The position numbers and the translations under genes are program-made. From Rhizaria sp. SCN 62-66 (taxonomy: Eukaryota), in assembly GCA_001724265.1 (NCBI GenBank), contig MEDY01000135.1, forward strand, positions 1 through 64,000: a stretch of DNA of 64,000 nucleotides. The letters are read 5' to 3'. The notes under the pieces were generated by a model, which worked only from the letters and a program-made list of their open reading frames with translations, was not told the origin of the DNA and ran no database searches. Each line of letters opens with the position of its first letter. Position 1 is the stretch's first letter. Below are positions 60,501 to 64,000 of this stretch, in pieces.

Positions 60501-63500
60501 GCATAAATGACTTGAATCTCGCCACTGACGCAGCTATTGCTGTTGTTCACAATGCCCCCGAGTTCATGTCACTCTCGCTTGGTGCAGAGATTAACAGTAC
60601 TGTGATCTTCGTTGCCGGTGGCTCTACTGAACCCAGCAGCTGGGTTACTTCGGATGTGCTCACAGCAGTACTTGTCACGTCACGCACCACAGTCAAAGTC
60701 CACCCTCCAACGAGTAACAACAGCACTAAGGCGATCTACTCGGGCCCCAACACGTACATCGGCCGCCACATCGGTGCCACACTTGTCTACTCACGCTCTT
60801 CGGGAATGCTGTTTCTCTACGGCGGGCTTCATTTTGACCCCACAGGCACGCGGCGTAACCTATACGAGCGCCACTGGCTCATCACGCCTGGCGCCATGGG
60901 AACAGTGCGGCTGCCTCAGATCCTCACGCTCGAGTCACGCCGGGACGTGGTTCAGATCAGGTACAAGCTGGACACCCCCTCACAGGTCACGAGTGTGGAT
61001 CAATCGGGCCTCACGTTTCACAGTCGCTCCGACCTCTCTGTTTACCCTGTAGGCACCCCCGGCGCGCGTGCGTACCACTCTGCCGCCGCGGTAACGATCG
61101 GTGAAGTCGAGTGGATTTACATGTTCGGTGGCGCAGTAATCAACTCAGGCGACACTGACGTCGAGTATCTCTCTGACTTGTGGCGTCACCGCGCGCTTGC
61201 CTCGGGCACTGTGCAGTGGGAGTACGTTGGCTGCTCTCTCGACACCGGATACTTACCTCCGGCCAACATCACGATAGGCGCTTCGCTTGATATCAAGGAT
61301 GGGTGCCCGATGGCGCGCTCGCACACCCAGCTCGTCGCTGTTGGCAACACGCTCTGGCTTGTCGGCGGCCGCGGTGTGCGCGGCGGGTACGATGACGTGT
61401 GGTCGTTCAACACGGAGACGGAGGTCTTCACACTCCGCTCAGGCCTCGCTCTCAAACCTCTTCCCGCAACGTCGTCGAAACATCTCATCAGTGCTTTCAC
61501 GGGCGATGTGGCGACTACGACCATGGGTTCTCGGTACGCACACCGTTGTGACGTGCTGCCGACGGGTACTTCCGTGTACTGCTACGGCGGTTTGACTGCA
61601 CATGGTGTGGCGGCTGATATGTACCGCCGTATTTTGCCGATTAATCTTGCCAAGCATGTTCATTACATTGGCATGAACGATGTGGTTAATCCCTTCACTC
61701 TTACGAGGTCGGGTCTCTTCGTCGCGTTGCTCCCAGTGGCGCACCTTGATGCACCAGGTCTGACGACGCAGAAGCAGACGATTTATGGCGTGACTTTTTT
61801 TCTGGCTGACGATTATGACATGACGAGCGATGCAATGACCGAGCTCGTGTTATCCATCGGCTATCTTGCAGCCGCGCCCACAGATGAACCGAAGGATATT
61901 GACGTGCCGCTGTCAAAGACGACACACTTGATCAAGGCATCAACATTCACCAACCCGCGCACATTTCAGTTCAGCTTACAAGCACCGGTCGAGCGGACGG
62001 CGTCGTCTCAGTATCTTGTGATCCGAATGAGTCTGTCAGTCACTAGGCCAACAAGGATCGATACACGGTTTGCGTTTGGTTCCACTGCAACAATAATTAG
62101 TCAAGTTCCCAACACCACAAACGATTATTTCACAACCTACAACAATTCGCGCACCAAGACGTGCTTTTTCTTCAACAAGGACTACAGCTAGACGTATGAG
62201 ACAACTATAATCCCACAGATTAGGCTACAAATGCAGCCACCTGCTGAGCAGCAGGGCCACACGACTGTTGCTGAGCTCATCAAAATCGACACGACATCCG
62301 GGCTTATTTCCCAGGTCTTTGGACCCTCAACGCAGGGCAGTGTGCCGCTGTCTTTGTCCAAGGCGAGCATCTTTGCGCGCCCCACTGACGTGCCGAACCT
62401 TCCCGACTCCGTGCTGGAGCCGCTCGATGGCGGTGTGGCCGTTGCAGCTGGTATTTTAACAACCGACTTCTATGCATCGTCAAAGTTTGTACGGCCGTGG
62501 ACAGTACCGGCGGCTGCGCTGCCTGTGTTTGCGATGTTGCCACTTGGAAAACCCACTCTTGATCTCATTCCTTCGTTCATTGTGTCGTCGGGCATGTGGC
62601 GAATGGAGACAGCGCTGTCAGGCACGACGTGGTCTGGTTCTCACATCATGCTCAGCCGCTCGTCGCCGATTACGCAGAGCAACCAAGTCTTTTCCGCGCA
62701 AGGCATGAACACAATTTTTGGAGGCGTGCGCCCTGCGTACTACACTAACACTGTCCCTGAATCGCCTTATCCTGTTGTGACTGCAGCGACCTTTGCTGCG
62801 ACAATGACGAGCGTTGAGCTTCTTTTCACCACAACCACGCAGCAACCGCGCTACAGCACATCAGCGTCGGCTGAAAACTGTGCTCTAATGTTTCCCGCCG
62901 CGAACCTTGCACACTTCGGCAGCGGATATACATGTGCGTGGTTAACTCCCTCTGCGTTAAGTATCACACTTGGCGCATCTTTTACTCTGCGCCCCGACGA
63001 CACGTTAACTGTACTCGGTGATGTCATCCGTAGCGGCAGTACACTTGCTGAGGGACAGACCCCGCTGTATCTGCCCGAGACTGACTTGCTCGTTATAACT
63101 GCGACTACTCCTGTAGTGCCGACTGTTGCACTCACAGGCTACAATACGGTCGGACCCTGCGAGGGGCTTACGCTCAGTTCCGCTGGCAGTGTTCACGCCG
63201 GTGGCCTTGCCTTTGAGTATGCTTGGAGCATTACTGGCACGGCGGCGCAGCAAGACAAGCTCGCCGCCATCGTGAGTGCGGCGTACGGTTCCCGTAATAG
63301 CAGTATCCCGTTTACTGCAACTACGTCACCGCTCTATGCGCCCACGGTTACTGTGCCCGTGGGCGCGATGGTGGAGCTGTTTGGCGCCACAGGGGAGGAG
63401 ACTACAACGGCGACGTTCACGCTGCAACTCACCACGTGGTTTGGAAAAACTTCTACAACAAGCTTCTCAGTTTCTCGTGCAGCGTCGATGTTACCTCAAA

Positions 63501-64000
63501 TCTCCATTGCCGGCGGTACGCGCGTTGATGTTAAGCCACCGCGCAACGTGCTAGTGAATGCGCTTATATCTCGTGTCGGCCTCTGCTCCGGCGCTATTGT
63601 TCGCACCGATATTACATACAAGTGGAACCAGGTGCTCAGTGATGGCGAGCAGACTGTTAATTTCACTGGCAGTCTTGCATCGCTTCGTGTGCGCGCATAT
63701 GACTTGCCCGCGCGATCAGCGCCATACGTCTTCCGCGTTTTTGTGTCTGATACTGATACTACCACTGGCATGACGTACAACAATTCCGACACCGTCAACG
63801 TCTATGTCACGGCATCCCCACTGCGTGCAGTGCTCACGGGCGGCGATAAGGTCCACAGCTCTGCCGTCACACTTAAACTCTCTGCTTCAACTTCGCGCGA
63901 TCTAGATGTTAACCCCACGGTCAGCTCCCAGTCTTTGAATCTCACATATGCGTGGGTGTGCCGTGACGCTTCCAACGCGTCAGTTCCATGTTTCCCCTCC
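54539..64000 (+). CDS. giant secreted/surface protein: signal peptide, kelch beta-propeller repeats, EGF-like modules and the start of a PKD/REJ-like region; more than 3150 codons, intronless in the window, runs off the 3' end; in-frame TAGs at 56402-56404 and 62189-62191
   Basis: One frame from 54539 to 64000 with no TAA or TGA (I translated 62192-64000 by hand). Kelch units (PGAR..LYLFGG..DLWVF), EGF units (CRVNPCLNDGVC..YHCICSTRFFGRHC) and REJ-like ASPLRAVLTGGD..LSASTSRDLD..LTYAWVC. Confidence 0.85.
56402..56404 (+). other. in-frame TAG in the linker between two kelch repeats (LYNNG*FVPVAGDYHPDLHPAARHSA)
   Basis: AAC GGA TAG TTC GTT; the next kelch unit (PAARHSA..LWLYGG) starts before the 56492 ORF start. 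Confidence 0.85.
62189..62191 (+). other. in-frame TAG upstream of the REJ-like region (KDYS*TYET)
   Basis: TAC AGC TAG ACG TAT; 603 further open codons to the window end. Confidence 0.85.

Noticed and set aside
4916-62191. The in-frame TAGs as 3' splice sites of tiny frame-preserving introns
   Set aside because: That would need a phase-0 GT donor and an intron-like tract upstream. The preceding sequence is coding-like, without a GTACG donor or AT-rich polypyrimidine tract, unlike the 17 real introns.
4958-62191. Pseudogenes or sequencing errors as the source of the internal stops
   Set aside because: All eight lesions are TAG, with no TAA, TGA or frameshift; downstream motifs are intact; and no gene ends in TAG. 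Random decay or error would not give this pattern, although raw reads were not available to me.

Overview
Gene-dense nuclear DNA from a microbial eukaryote. Exons are very GC-rich and encode Ala/Gly/Ser/Gln/Asn low-complexity tracts; introns (about 118-240 nt, GT..AG) and spacers are short and AT-rich. By splicing the ORF track by hand I reconstruct 17 protein-coding genes: a partial unknown gene, UVSSA-like, a GRIP golgin, MPP6, an unknown gene, glucose-6-phosphate isomerase, a TFIIS-type Zn-ribbon protein, a divergent mitochondrial Hsp70, Pif1 helicase, Dbf4-like, a coiled-coil/RING-like protein, a PDK/BCKDK-like kinase, a 7-beta-strand protein methyltransferase, an XK-related scramblase, ALYREF-like, a 7TM TOM1/GPR137-like protein, and a >3150-codon kelch/EGF/REJ surface protein. 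Main finding: the organism appears to use a variant nuclear genetic code in which UAG is a sense codon (most likely Gln) while UAA and UGA remain stops. Eight in-frame TAG codons interrupt five otherwise intact genes, with conserved domains downstream in the same frame, and two of them lie inside a poly-Gln tract. All 16 gene ends visible in the window are TAA (5) or TGA (11), never TAG. The 5' splice sites also follow an unusual GTACG consensus. I found no tRNA, rRNA, CRISPR array or clear mobile element, and I cannot name the organism. Family assignments come from motifs recognised by eye, not from database searches.
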